From an uncultured Phycisphaerales bacterium (GTDB taxonomy: Bacteria; Planctomycetota; Phycisphaerae; Tepidisphaerales; Tepidisphaeraceae): 64,000 bases of DNA. Of this stretch, positions 32,484 through 42,717 are shown piece by piece (position 1 is the stretch's first letter; every line of letters begins with the position of its first letter). The notes under the pieces were generated by a model. It had not been told where the DNA came from. It made no database searches and saw only the letters and a list, made by a program, of their open reading frames with translations. The translations under genes and the position numbers were made by a program. Where the stretch lies: contig CAVWVQ010000002.1 of the NCBI GenBank assembly GCA_963758525.1, forward strand, positions 160,001 to 224,000. Direction: 5' to 3'.

Positions 32484-35400
32484 CTACAGAATCTCAAAAT
32501 GTGAGTCGCTTCCGGGTTTTACTCTCTTGGGGATGCTTGCTGTCAGGAACTTGCCGGCAACAAACCGGGTGGAGGCATCGATCTTCCGGGCCGTAACGTT
32601 GCGGATGATGCTCGCGGCTCCGCCGATGAGCTTGTCATCGCCATCGAGATAGGTGCCGTCCACCGGATCGACGCCAGCGGCAACGACGGAAGCGGCCAGG
32701 CTGCCCGTGACCTTGAACGCGCGGATGGCGCCGGTGGAGAAGATGTCGGCGTCGGCTCCTTCCCCTCCAAGCTCGCCGTCAGCGCCGAGATTGGCACCGG
32801 CGAGGATGCGGGCGCCAGAGGCGCTGACCAGCGAGAGCGCGCCGATGCCTCCCCCGGCGGCGATCGTCCCGCCGCGCACGTTGCCGATCGAAAGTGTGCC
32901 GATCGCGCCGGTGGCCGACAATGTGCCGGCCAGATCGACCACGTTGCTGACAAGATTGCGGAGGGTGCCGGTAACCGTTAAATCGCCAAGCGTCACGCGG
33001 CGAGAGCCTCCCCTGGTGGTGATCGACAGCATGGCGCCCTTCGCGCCGGCGGCAATTTCCAGGTGAAGTCCGTTGGTAGCGAGAAAGGCTTGTCCGGTGC
33101 CGCCGACGATGGAGAGCGTGACCTTGACGTTGTTGATGGAGACGGTGAGCTTGACGTTCTTCCTGCCCGAGACGCCGAACGATCCCAGCGGGGTTCCCGC
33201 GTTCGCATTTTTCGTCCCTACGACGCTCAGTTTGCGGACGATGCTCGAAGAGGAGATGCCGTTGGTGCCCAGGACGAGATGCCCGTCGGAAGTCTGCGTG
33301 CCAAAGGCGCTGCTGACGCTGGAACCGGAAACAATTTCCGAAGCGCCGCCGACCGACGCCGGCAACGTCAGTTTCCCCAGCAGCCCGAAGCTAGCGATGG
33401 GTGCGCCTGTCTGATCGAAGGCGGCGATGGCCGTCGGCGTGCCCGAGGCATTGGTAGTGCCGGCGACAACGATCTGTCCGCCCGGCTGCAGGAAGACCGC
33501 GTCGGCATCGTCGGTCGTGCCGAACGCTGCGGTGGCCAGCCCGTTGGTTCCGAAGCTGGAAATGACATTCCCGTTGGCATCCAGATGAACGACGCCAAAG
33601 TGGCCCGCCGTGGTCTGGTTGGCGACGAGAATCGAGTTGTCGGCCTCGATCGCGAGACCTTCCGTGTGATCGCCGGTGGACTGCGAGGTATTGGCCACCA
33701 GTCCCGGGACGATGACCAAGCCGCTGCTGCCGAAGGTGGTGTCGGCGTTGCCCGAAGTGTTGAGACGGACGACAACCACCTGCGGACCGGTGCTGCCCAC
33801 GGCAACAAGATCTCCGTTGCTTTGGAAAGCGATGGAGCCCACGACATCGGTCGAGCTGCCCACGTCGAACAGTTGCCGTCCGCTCTGTCCGAAACCTGAG
33901 GCGAGATTGCCATTGGCGTCGTAGTCGGCAAAGGCGAAGTTTCCGTTGGACGTGCCTCCGGCGGCGATCGTTCCATTGGGGTTCAACGCCAGTGAATAGA
34001 CGGCTTCATTGGAAGCGCCGAAATTGGTCACGACGGACCCGCCGCTTCCGAAAGCGGTATCGAGCTGGCCGGAGGTGTTGTACCGCTGCAGCAGAAATCC
34101 GCCGCCCGATCCGCCTGCTACGATGCTGTTCCCCTGCGCCAAAACCGCGTGGAACGTTTCGTTGGCCGAGGCGGCTGTGGTGACAAATCCGTTGGCGCCG
34201 AAATCGGTGGCTACGGTGCCGTCGGCGTTGAACAGCTCAATGACACCCTGCGCTTTGCCCGCGGCGGCGTCCCCCTGCTCCCCGACAACGGCGACCTGCC
34301 CATCGGCCAGAACCGCCGTTCCCTCCGCGGTAAACGGCGTGCTGACGGCGCTGCCGCCGTTGAACGTTGCGTCGTTCGGATTGGCGGGCGTCGGAATATT
34401 GACGACGAAATTGGCCGTCGTTGCGGCGATGCCGTTGCCGCTCGTGTCTTTCACCGATCCGGCAGCCAGCGAGACCGAATAGGTCCCGTTGCTCGCATAG
34501 CTCCATCCGCCGTTGAGAGGGGTAACGGAGTAGATTGCCGTCACTGTCTGTGCGTTGCCCGCCGGGGTATTGGCGACGCCGGCGACGGTGAGCGCGCCCG
34601 ACGGTCCGGTGACAGTGAGATTCGAGGCGGCGATCGTTGAGGCCTTGACGTTTCCCGCGTCGGTATAGACGACGACAATCTGCTCGGGCCCAAGCGATGC
34701 GCTGGTGAACCCCGGAGCAATAATCGAGACGGCGGGAGGGGTGGTATCCGGAATTGCCGCGTTGACGGTAAACGACGTCGAGGTGGACGCGGCGGAATTG
34801 CCGGAGGTGTCTTTCACCTGATTGGCCCCGAGCGTCACGGTGTAGGTGCCGTTGGCGGTGTGGGACCATGCGCCGCCGGGCGCATCGACGGCGTAGCTTG
34901 CCGTGACAGTCTTGCCGGAACCGGTGAAGGTGACGCCTGAGACATTGAGCGCGCCGCTGGGGCCGGTCACGGTGAGATTGGTTTTCTTGATCTTCGTCGT
35001 ATCGATGGCGACGTTGTCCGTGTAGACCGCGCTGACTTCCTCTGTGGCGGCGCCCGGTGCGGTGATGTTTGGCGCATCCAGGACAGCGACAGGCGCCACC
35101 GTGTCCGGGATCACGGCGTTGACCATGAACGTGGCGGTGCCGCCGATGTCGGCGTTGGCGCTGGTGTCCTTCACGTGGTTCGCCGCAAGCGTGACCGTGT
35201 ACATTCCGTTGTCGCCGGGGGCCCATGCGCCGCCGGGGGCGTTGAACGTATAGATTGCGGTGATGGTCGGCCCGTTCACTGCGGGGAGCTTGGTGAGATT
35301 AAACAGGGACAGGGTTCCGCCGGGGCCGCTGACCGACAGGCTGGTGTTGTCGATGGTTGCGGCGTTGATGGCTGTATTGTCGGTGTAGACGACAGTGACG

Positions 35401-37520
35401 GTCTCCGTCGTTCCGCCGGGCGCGTTGACATTGGGGGCACTGATCGAGTGCGTCGGCGGCACAACGTCGGGAACGGGAACGCCGACCATGAACGCGCCGG
35501 TCTTCGCGGCATTGCCGTTGTTGTTCGTGTCGGTCACGGCGCCGCCGAGCACGGTGATGTTGTACGTCCCGTTATCGGTGGAAGCCCACGGCTGACCGCT
35601 GGCTTTGGTTACCGTGTAGGTGGCGGTCACAATGCTCGAGTCGGCGGACGGCGTCGTCGCGACGCCGGTCACGTTCAGCGCGGCCGGGCCGCTCACGCTG
35701 ATGTCGGCCAGCCCGATGGTGGTGAATTTAACGGCCACGTCGTCCGTGTAGACGACCGTGATCTGCTGCGTGTCGCCCCCGATCACGCTGATGTTCGGCG
35801 CCGAAACGCTGCTGGCCACCGGGGCGGTGGAGTCGGCGATGCCCACGGTGAAGTTTGCGCCGCCGGCGGCAATGCCATTGTTCGACGTGTCCGTCACGGA
35901 GCCGGCGCCGATCGAGATCGTATAGCTTCCGTCCTGCGCCGCGTCCCATCCTCCCGCCGGGGCGGCTACCTGATAGGTGGCGGTGATCGTCTTCGCGTTG
36001 GCCGAAGGAGACGTCGCCACGCTGGCGGCGTTGCGCGATCCGCCCGGACCGTTGACAGTGAGATCAGTCAGCCCAATCGAGTTGAAGTCAACCGCGACAT
36101 CGTCGGTGTAGACCACTGTTACCGCTTCGTTCTGATTGCCCGCGGCGTTGACCGGCGGCGCGGTAATGCTGGCGATCACCGGAGCGGTCGCATCTCCAAT
36201 ATTGACGCTGAAGTTGCCGCCGCCCGCGCCGATGCCGTTGTTCGATGTGTCCTTCACGGAGTTGGCGGCGATCGCGATGTTGTAGCTGCCGTCCTGCGTG
36301 GCGTTCCAGCCGCCCGCTGGCGCTGCAATCTGATACGTGGCGGTGACCGTCTTCGCATTACCCGCAGGAGACGTCCCGACCATGGTGGCGTTACGCGATC
36401 CTCCCGGCCCGTTGACGGTGATGTCCGTCAGGCCGATGCTCCCAGCATTGACCGCAACATCGTCAGTATAGACAACCGTGATCGGCTCGTTGGCATTGCC
36501 CGCGGCGCTCACTACCGGAGCATTGATGCTCGCAATGACCGGCGAAGTCGTGTCCGGAACCGCCACGGTGAAGTTCGCTCCCGTGGTGCCGGCAAAATTG
36601 TTGTTCGCGTCTTCCACCTGGGTCGCCTTGAGCGTGACGGTATAGCTCCCGTCATCGGCGGCGGTCCAGGCAGAGCCGTTGGGAGCAACGATCGTGTAGG
36701 TGGCAAACACGTCGTCGGGATTGGAGGCGTCGACTGTCACGTTATTGCCGATCGACGCGCCGCCGGTGACCGTGAGATTGCCGGCGACGATCGTTCCCGT
36801 GCTGATGGCAGCGGGCCCGGAGTATTCGGCAACGACCGTTTCATGAGCGCCGGGGGTCGTGACGGGGCCGGCGGGAGTGAGCGTGGCGGTGGGGTTGGCG
36901 GCGGGAGTGTTGTCAATCACCAGCGCGGGTGCCGTGCCACCCTCCTTGGAGTCAAACTGCGCGGGATTGGCGCTTGGCGTGGAGCTTTCGATCGCCAGGG
37001 AAATTGTCGTATTTCCCTGCTGCTTTTGGGCCTGGATGTACGAGCTGATGTCGAACGTGTCGATCTGCGGATTGACGGAGCCGACGGTGGCGGTCGCGCC
37101 GCTGATCGTCGAGCCGATCGGCGGTTCGTTATTGAACGTGATCCCGCTTTCTGTCCAGGAGCTGTCGGAGACGGCGAAGACGCTTGCACTCACCGGGGGG
37201 TCGCCCGGATTCGTCAGGCTGCCGTTGAGCTTGAGCATCGCGGAGTTGATGGTGTTGATGCCGCTGATGTCAAACTTCAGGAACGCGATCTGAGTGGCGT
37301 TGGTGGGCGTGGGGTCCTGAATAAACAGCTCGGGAGCGCTGCCGAAGTTGGTATCAGCGGAGGCGGAGGTGACAGATGCGTCGGCAACGAGGGATGCATT
37401 GGTTGTCGAGAGGAGCACCCGGCGTTCGAGAAATTCCACGCATGCCCTGGCCGCCTGGTGCAGCCGACAACGCGCTTCGGACCTCGAGTTCAGACGGCGG
37501 CTCTTCACATGAGACTGCAT
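32484..37520 (-). CDS. Large surface protein, paralog of 29151..32425 with 7 Ig-like repeats
   Basis: EFLERRVLLS leader; same domain order; ~125-aa D..P...VVYTD...W...DG.Y...V.D...N repeats; GAGGAG RBS. Confidence 0.85.
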   Translation of the reverse strand: MQSHVKSRRLNSRSEARCRLHQAARACVEFLERRVLLSTTNASLVADASVTSASADTNFGSAPELFIQDPTPTNATQIAFLKFDISGINTINSAMLKLNGSLTNPGDPPVSASVFAVSDSSWTESGITFNNEPPIGSTISGATATVGSVNPQIDTFDISSYIQAQKQQGNTTISLAIESSTPSANPAQFDSKEGGTAPALVIDNTPAANPTATLTPAGPVTTPGAHETVVAEYSGPAAISTGTIVAGNLTVTGGASIGNNVTVDASNPDDVFATYTIVAPNGSAWTAADDGSYTVTLKATQVEDANNNFAGTTGANFTVAVPDTTSPVIASINAPVVSAAGNANEPITVVYTDDVAVNAGSIGLTDITVNGPGGSRNATMVGTSPAGNAKTVTATYQIAAPAGGWNATQDGSYNIAIAANSVKDTSNNGIGAGGGNFSVNIGDATAPVIASITAPPVNAAGNQNEAVTVVYTDDVAVDFNSIGLTDLTVNGPGGSRNAASVATSPSANAKTITATYQVAAPAGGWDAAQDGSYTISIGAGSVTDTSNNGIAAGGANFTVGIADSTAPVASSVSAPNISVIGGDTQQITVVYTDDVAVKFTTIGLADISVSGPAALNVTGVATTPSADSSIVTATYTVTKASGQPWASTDNGTYNITVLGGAVTDTNNNGNAAKTGAFMVGVPVPDVVPPTHSISAPNVNAPGGTTETVTVVYTDNTAINAATIDNTSLSVSGPGGTLSLFNLTKLPAVNGPTITAIYTFNAPGGAWAPGDNGMYTVTLAANHVKDTSANADIGGTATFMVNAVIPDTVAPVAVLDAPNITAPGAATEEVSAVYTDNVAIDTTKIKKTNLTVTGPSGALNVSGVTFTGSGKTVTASYAVDAPGGAWSHTANGTYTVTLGANQVKDTSGNSAASTSTSFTVNAAIPDTTPPAVSIIAPGFTSASLGPEQIVVVYTDAGNVKASTIAASNLTVTGPSGALTVAGVANTPAGNAQTVTAIYSVTPLNGGWSYASNGTYSVSLAAGSVKDTSGNGIAATTANFVVNIPTPANPNDATFNGGSAVSTPFTAEGTAVLADGQVAVVGEQGDAAAGKAQGVIELFNADGTVATDFGANGFVTTAASANETFHAVLAQGNSIVAGGSGGGFLLQRYNTSGQLDTAFGSGGSVVTNFGASNEAVYSLALNPNGTIAAGGTSNGNFAFADYDANGNLASGFGQSGRQLFDVGSSTDVVGSIAFQSNGDLVAVGSTGPQVVVVRLNTSGNADTTFGSSGLVIVPGLVANTSQSTGDHTEGLAIEADNSILVANQTTAGHFGVVHLDANGNVISSFGTNGLATAAFGTTDDADAVFLQPGGQIVVAGTTNASGTPTAIAAFDQTGAPIASFGLLGKLTLPASVGGASEIVSGSSVSSAFGTQTSDGHLVLGTNGISSSSIVRKLSVVGTKNANAGTPLGSFGVSGRKNVKLTVSINNVKVTLSIVGGTGQAFLATNGLHLEIAAGAKGAMLSITTRGGSRRVTLGDLTVTGTLRNLVSNVVDLAGTLSATGAIGTLSIGNVRGGTIAAGGGIGALSLVSASGARILAGANLGADGELGGEGADADIFSTGAIRAFKVTGSLAASVVAAGVDPVDGTYLDGDDKLIGGAASIIRNVTARKIDASTRFVAGKFLTASIPKRVKPGSDSHFEIL

Positions 37521-38069
37521 TTTCACGCTTTTCTCCTCAAAACGCCCCGGCCATTGACCAGATCCCGGCAGACGACGACGAACGAGCCTGCCGCGCAGGT
37601 TCATGCGCAATCGCTCAAAACGCCCTGATGATACCTGTTAGCCGCGGAACCGCCGCCAAACCCCTGCTTGTCTTCGTGAGAGACCCGGTCCGCTGCCGAG
37701 AATGTGAATCGATCATTGCTCGACGCTGGCGATTATAGAGCAAAGCGCCCAACGGAGCTATGGGCAACTACCGGATGTGTTCGCCGATGAACCCGTTTTT
37801 CCTCAGCACTTTGCGTAGCTTTTTCCGATCAAATGGACTGGCGGACGATTTGCGGGCGATGCCCGCCGTGCATTAAGGTTGATCGTCGGGAGAAGAAGTT
37901 TGATGATCACGCGCCAGAGCACGCTTTCAGCGGCTGCCCCCGGGGCAGCATAACTGCCCCATGCGGGCGCGGCACGCCGCAATTTGCGCTGCTGTGGATG
38001 GCGGGCGTTGATAGCATAACTTCCGATACGCGGCGGCTCGGAAGGTTCATCACAAGCGAAGGAGGACTC

Positions 38070-39317
38070 ATGTCACGTTCCTGGAAGATCCTGGTTGGCG
38101 CCTGTGCGGGCGTCGTAAGCGGACTGATGGCCGGCGTCCGCGCCGATGAGGCTTCGGCAATGGCGCCCGATCCCCACATGACGCTCACACAGCCCAACTA
38201 CGCCGCCGTCGCGCCAGCGGCCCGGGCGCCGCTGATGGCCGCGCTCGATCAGACCGGCGTCGGTGAGGCGCTCGATGCGGCACGCATCAACATCTACGGG
38301 CACATCGAAGGCTCGTACACATGGAACTTCGACAACCCCGCGAAGAGCCTGAATATCGGCCGGGTGTTTGACATCAAGCACAATGACCCCGAAGTCAATC
38401 AGGCTGATTTGAATATCGAACGAACCGTCGATCTGACGTCTCATCAGTTTGACATCGGCGGCCGCCTCGAGCTGATGTATGGAACGGACGCCCGTTTCAT
38501 TCACTCCAGCGGATTGCTCGACGGGCAGGACTTCTTCCACGGCCCCGAATACCAGTTCGACATCCCGCAGGTCTACCTCGACTTTGGCGTCCCGCTCGGC
38601 GACGGGCTGCGCATCCGCGTCGGCAAATTCCTCTTCTTTAAACAGATCGATCCCAACGCCAGCGTCTTTTATTCGCACAGCTTCACCTTCGGAGCCGCAC
38701 TCCCCTTTACGCTGACCGGCGCCAGCGGCCTGTACAACATCAACGACCAGTGGAGCATCGAGGGGGGGTTCTCGCGCGGCTGGGGCCAGTCTCTGCGGGA
38801 TAACAACGGCGCGATCGACGGATTCGGCCGCATTCGCTACTCGCCCAGCGACAAGACCAATCTCACCCTGGCCTTCATCAGCGGCCCCGAAGACGACGGG
38901 GACAACAGCCACTATCGCGATGCGGTCGACCTCACACTCACACAGGCACTGGGCGAGAACCTCACGTTCCTCCTCGACAGCGTCTACGGAAATGACGCCG
39001 CTGGCTCGCCCACCGGCGGCAACGCCAACTGGTACGGCGTCGCCGGGTATCTCGTCCTGAAGCTGGACGATCATATCAGCCTGGCCGGACGCGGCGAGTG
39101 GTATCGCGACGAAGAGGCGTTCACCACCGGCGTCGCCCAGAGCCTGTTCGAGGCCACCGTTGGGGTGACCATCACTCCCTTCCCTTCAAACCCGACGGCG
39201 TCCTTCTTCAAGATCCGCCCGGAAGTCCGCTACGACTACGCCACGCGCGACTACTTCGACGGGCTCACGAAGCACGATCAGTTGACTGCAGCAGTCGATG
39301 CGATTTTCAACTTCTGA
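38070..39317 (+). CDS. Outer-membrane beta-barrel porin (BBP2/DUF1597-like)
   Basis: Signal peptide; YGTDARF, YSHSF, RGEWYRD, IRPEVRYD; terminal Phe; GGAGG RBS. Confidence 0.85.
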   Translation: MSRSWKILVGACAGVVSGLMAGVRADEASAMAPDPHMTLTQPNYAAVAPAARAPLMAALDQTGVGEALDAARINIYGHIEGSYTWNFDNPAKSLNIGRVFDIKHNDPEVNQADLNIERTVDLTSHQFDIGGRLELMYGTDARFIHSSGLLDGQDFFHGPEYQFDIPQVYLDFGVPLGDGLRIRVGKFLFFKQIDPNASVFYSHSFTFGAALPFTLTGASGLYNINDQWSIEGGFSRGWGQSLRDNNGAIDGFGRIRYSPSDKTNLTLAFISGPEDDGDNSHYRDAVDLTLTQALGENLTFLLDSVYGNDAAGSPTGGNANWYGVAGYLVLKLDDHISLAGRGEWYRDEEAFTTGVAQSLFEATVGVTITPFPSNPTASFFKIRPEVRYDYATRDYFDGLTKHDQLTAAVDAIFNF

Positions 39318-39438
39318 GCGCCTATGGACTGCCGCGCGCCGCGGAGCCGAGCGACCTGGCGCCAAGCGTCGCCGGCCCGCGCTTGGGGATTGCAGAACTT
39401 GCGAGCACCCCATTACCTGTTTAAAGCCCGTCGCATTA

Positions 39439-39531
39439 CCCCCCTCTCCCGGTACGCCGGTACTCCGGGAGAGGGCTGGGGTGAGGGTGATTTCGAGGGC
39501 CGGCAGCGCCAAGGTCTAAAATCATCCTCAC
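39439..39531. repeat. REP-like family A copy
   Basis: CCCCTCTCCCGG...TACTCCGGGAGAGGGCTGGGGTGAGGGTGATTT. Confidence 0.7.
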
Positions 39532-39673
39532 GGCGGAAGACGCCATCGTCAGCTCGAGCGCAACGAGGTCGCAGCGACCTCCGCCTCGCGCCTCAGTCTT
39601 TCCGCTTGCGGGCCCCTATTTTTGCCCGGCTCGGGTGTAACTTCCAATCCTGTCTATTGCGGATCTTGCGCTG

Positions 39674-39741
39674 GTAGGGCGGGATTCATCCCGCCGTTTT
39701 CTCAGCCGGCCAACAAATCGGCGGGATGAATCCCGCCCGAC
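39674..39741. repeat. GTAG-type REP doublet
   Basis: GTAGGGCGGGATTCATCCCGCC ... GGCGGGATGAATCCCGCCCGAC. Confidence 0.8.
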
Positions 39742-39882
39742 GGAGCCAATCGCCACTTTCGAGCGCCACACGCCAGATCCATGGAAACGTCGGCGTCCTC
39801 GCGTATTGCCCGAGTTTCGGTAATATTTAGCGACCGAGGTTTGGTTTGGCAGCTTGGCGGACTCTTGAAACGAAGGAACGAT

Positions 39883-40929
39883 ATGAAGCAAGCCTTTCTT
39901 GCGGCGGTCGTGATCAGTGCAGGCTTTTTTTTGAGCGGATGCGGTAAATCCGATTCCGGCGGCAGCGGTTCGGGAGGTGGCAGCAGCACGACGCAGCCAA
40001 CAACCGCATCGGCAGACAAGCCGCAGATCGCGGTGATCGCCAAGAGCACGGTGAACGCGTACTGGAAAGCCGTGGAGGCCGGCGCGGAGCAGGCCGCGGC
40101 TGAAGCGAATGTCGACATCATCTGGACCGGCCCGGACGCGGAGACGAATCACACGCAGCAAGCCAATATGGTCGACAATATGGTGACGCGCGGCGTCAAT
40201 GGAATCGTGCTGGCGCCGACGAATGTCGATGCGCTGGTTCGACCTGTTGAGAACGCCGTTGCCCGGAATATTCCGGTGATCCTGATCGACTCGACCGTGA
40301 AGAGCGATAAGCCGCTCAGCGTGATCGCCACCGACAACTATGCCGCGGGCCAGCAGGCGGCCGAAGCGCTGATCAAGGCGATGGGAACGAATCACAAGTT
40401 TGGCGGCAAGGTTATCATGCTCCGATTCCTCGAGGGCTCCGGTTCCACCGAGGCCCGCGAAAAAGGGTTTGCCGATCGCATCGCCAAGGAACCCGGTCTG
40501 TCGCTTGCCGACTCCATCTACACCCGCGGCGGAGGTTCGACTACAGACGCCGCCGACACTGCCGACGCGCTGATTCGCCGATTCGTCAACAACAACGAAT
40601 TGCAGGTCGACGGAATTTTTGCGTCGAATCAGCCGACCGCGATCGGCATGCTGCGAAAGCTCGACCAGTTTCGGGCGCAGGGCACGACGATCGACTGCCC
40701 CTATGTCGGCTTTGACGCCCACGAAGTTCTGCTCAAGGGCATTCGTGATGGCAAGATTGCCGCCATCGTCACGCAGGATCCCAAGAAGATGGGATACCTG
40801 GGCGTGAAGTCGATGGCGGCATATCTCAAGGGCGAAAAGATTGAACCGAAGATCGCCACGTCGACGTTGACTGTGACCAAGGAAAACATCGATCTCCCGG
40901 CCACCAAAGCCATCACATTGGAGAACTGA
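39883..40929 (+). CDS. Sugar ABC transporter substrate-binding lipoprotein (RbsB-like)
   Basis: Lipobox LSGC; IAVIAKST..YWKAVEAGA; IATDNYAAG; STEAREKGF; VGFD; QDPKKMGYLGV. Confidence 0.9.
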   Translation: MKQAFLAAVVISAGFFLSGCGKSDSGGSGSGGGSSTTQPTTASADKPQIAVIAKSTVNAYWKAVEAGAEQAAAEANVDIIWTGPDAETNHTQQANMVDNMVTRGVNGIVLAPTNVDALVRPVENAVARNIPVILIDSTVKSDKPLSVIATDNYAAGQQAAEALIKAMGTNHKFGGKVIMLRFLEGSGSTEAREKGFADRIAKEPGLSLADSIYTRGGGSTTDAADTADALIRRFVNNNELQVDGIFASNQPTAIGMLRKLDQFRAQGTTIDCPYVGFDAHEVLLKGIRDGKIAAIVTQDPKKMGYLGVKSMAAYLKGEKIEPKIATSTLTVTKENIDLPATKAITLEN

Positions 40930-40980
40930 AACGCGCTTGGGTGTCAGGTATCCGGGCGGTGCAAAACCCGTTTCACCACC

Positions 40981-41067
40981 CCCACGCCGAGTCTGAGGTA
41001 CGCCGAAGGCTCGGATCGGCCGCCGGAAAATCCGAGCCTTCGGAGTACCCAGACGCGGCGTAGTGGG
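40981..41067. repeat. Long imperfect palindrome, family B
   Basis: ACGCCGAGTCTGAGGTACGCCGAAGGCTCGGAT ... ATCCGAGCCTTCGGAGTACCCAGACGCGGCGT. Confidence 0.8.
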
Positions 41068-41158
41068 CGGATTTAAGGTTTGAAACCGCTCCTAAACGAT
41101 GGTAGGAAGCGCCTCGTAGCGATGGCATAGTCTGCGGCTTTTCGAGCGAAGGTGGAGC

Positions 41159-42717
41159 ATGTCAGAATCCGTTGGATCACCCACCGCAGGCGTTCCACTG
41201 CTCACCATGCGAGCCGTTCACAAGCGCTTCGGTCCGACGATCGCGCTCAAATCCGTCGATCTCACCCTCTTCGGCGGCGAAGTGCTCGCGCTCATCGGGG
41301 AAAACGGCGCCGGGAAGAGCACGCTGATGAAAGTGCTCAGCGGCGCCCACATCGCCGACGCCGGCGCGATGACGTTCGACGGCAAGCCGTATGCTCCCGG
41401 CAATCCATTGGCGGTGCGCAATGCGGGCGTGGCGATGATTTACCAGGAGCTGTCCATCGCGCCGCACCTGTCGGTCATGGAAAACATCCTGCTGGGCGTT
41501 GAGCCGGGGACGGGGCCGATGGTCAGTTGGGGGCAAATGCGCGATCGCGCCAAGCAGGCGCTGCGCGAAGTGGGCCGCAGCGATATCTCCCCTTCCGCAC
41601 TCGCCGGCGATCTTTCGATCGCGGAACAACAACTGGTTGAAATCGCCCGCTCGGTCGCGCTGGGCTGCCGGGTGCTGGTGCTGGATGAACCGACCAGCAG
41701 TCTCACGCGCCGCGACATCGAAAACCTCTTCGCGATGCTTCGCCGGCTGCGGGCACAAGGCCTTGGCATCGTCTACATCTCGCACTTTCTGGAAGAAGTG
41801 CGGGCGATCAGCGATCGCTTCACGGTGCTGCGCGACGGCTCGTCCGTCGGTGAAGGAAAGACAGCCGACGTCAGCGACGAAGACATTATCCGCCTGATGG
41901 TCGGACGAAACGTGGAGGATCTCTATCCGCGCACGCATCACCATGCCGGCGAGGTCGTGCTGAGCGTCAGCAAAATTGCCGGGGAAGCCAAGCCGTTGAG
42001 CGCGACGCTCGACCTGCATCGCGGCGAGGTGCTCGGCGTCGCCGGCCTGATCGGCGCAGGGCGCACCGAACTGCTTCGAACTATTTTTGGGCTGGACCGT
42101 GTCAGGAGCGGAGAGATACGCGTGCTCATGCACCAGGGTCCGGCTGCGCCAAGCCAGCGGTGGGAACAGGGTGTCGGCATGGTGAGCGAGGATCGCAAGA
42201 CCGAAGGTCTGGCTCTGCAGATGAGCATCGCCGACAACATCACCCTGTCCAATCCGCATGGCTTGGGGCCGATGGGACTGGTGTTTCCGAGCCGGCAGGA
42301 TTCCGCATCTTTTCCCTGGATTCGCAAGCTGTCGATCAAATGCGCATCGCCGCGGCAGAACGTGGGGGACCTTTCGGGCGGCAATCAGCAGAAGGTCGCG
42401 ATCGCGCGGCTGCTGCATCACAACGCCGATGTGCTGCTGCTGGACGAACCGACGCGCGGCGTCGATATCGGCGCCAAGCGCAAATCTACCAACTGATCAA
42501 CGAGCTGGCTGTGGGCGACGAGGCGGGCGGGCGCAGACCCTGCGCGATTCTCGTGGTCAGCAGCTATCTGCCGGAATTGCTCGGCATCTGCGATCGGATC
42601 GCGGTGATGAGCCGCGGCATCCTCGGGGCAAGCCGGCCGGTCGATGAATGGAATGCTCACACTTTGATGGTCGAAGCCGTCGGCCAGGAAACCCAACGTA
42701 CGGGGACCTCAGCATGA
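41159..42717 (+). CDS. Sugar ABC transporter ATP-binding protein (RbsA-like); frameshift near 42480
   Basis: GENGAGKST, LDEPT twice, LSGGNQQK; C-terminus AQIYQLI...SSYLPELLG in ORF 42160..42717. Confidence 0.92.

Noticed and set aside
35175..37628. 817-aa plus-strand ORF
   Set aside because: Antisense shadow of the repeat surface protein; Arg/Gly-rich with no motifs
37521..38069. Riboswitch or ncRNA in the long divergent intergenic region
   Set aside because: No recognisable consensus by eye; an Rfam/Infernal scan would be needed
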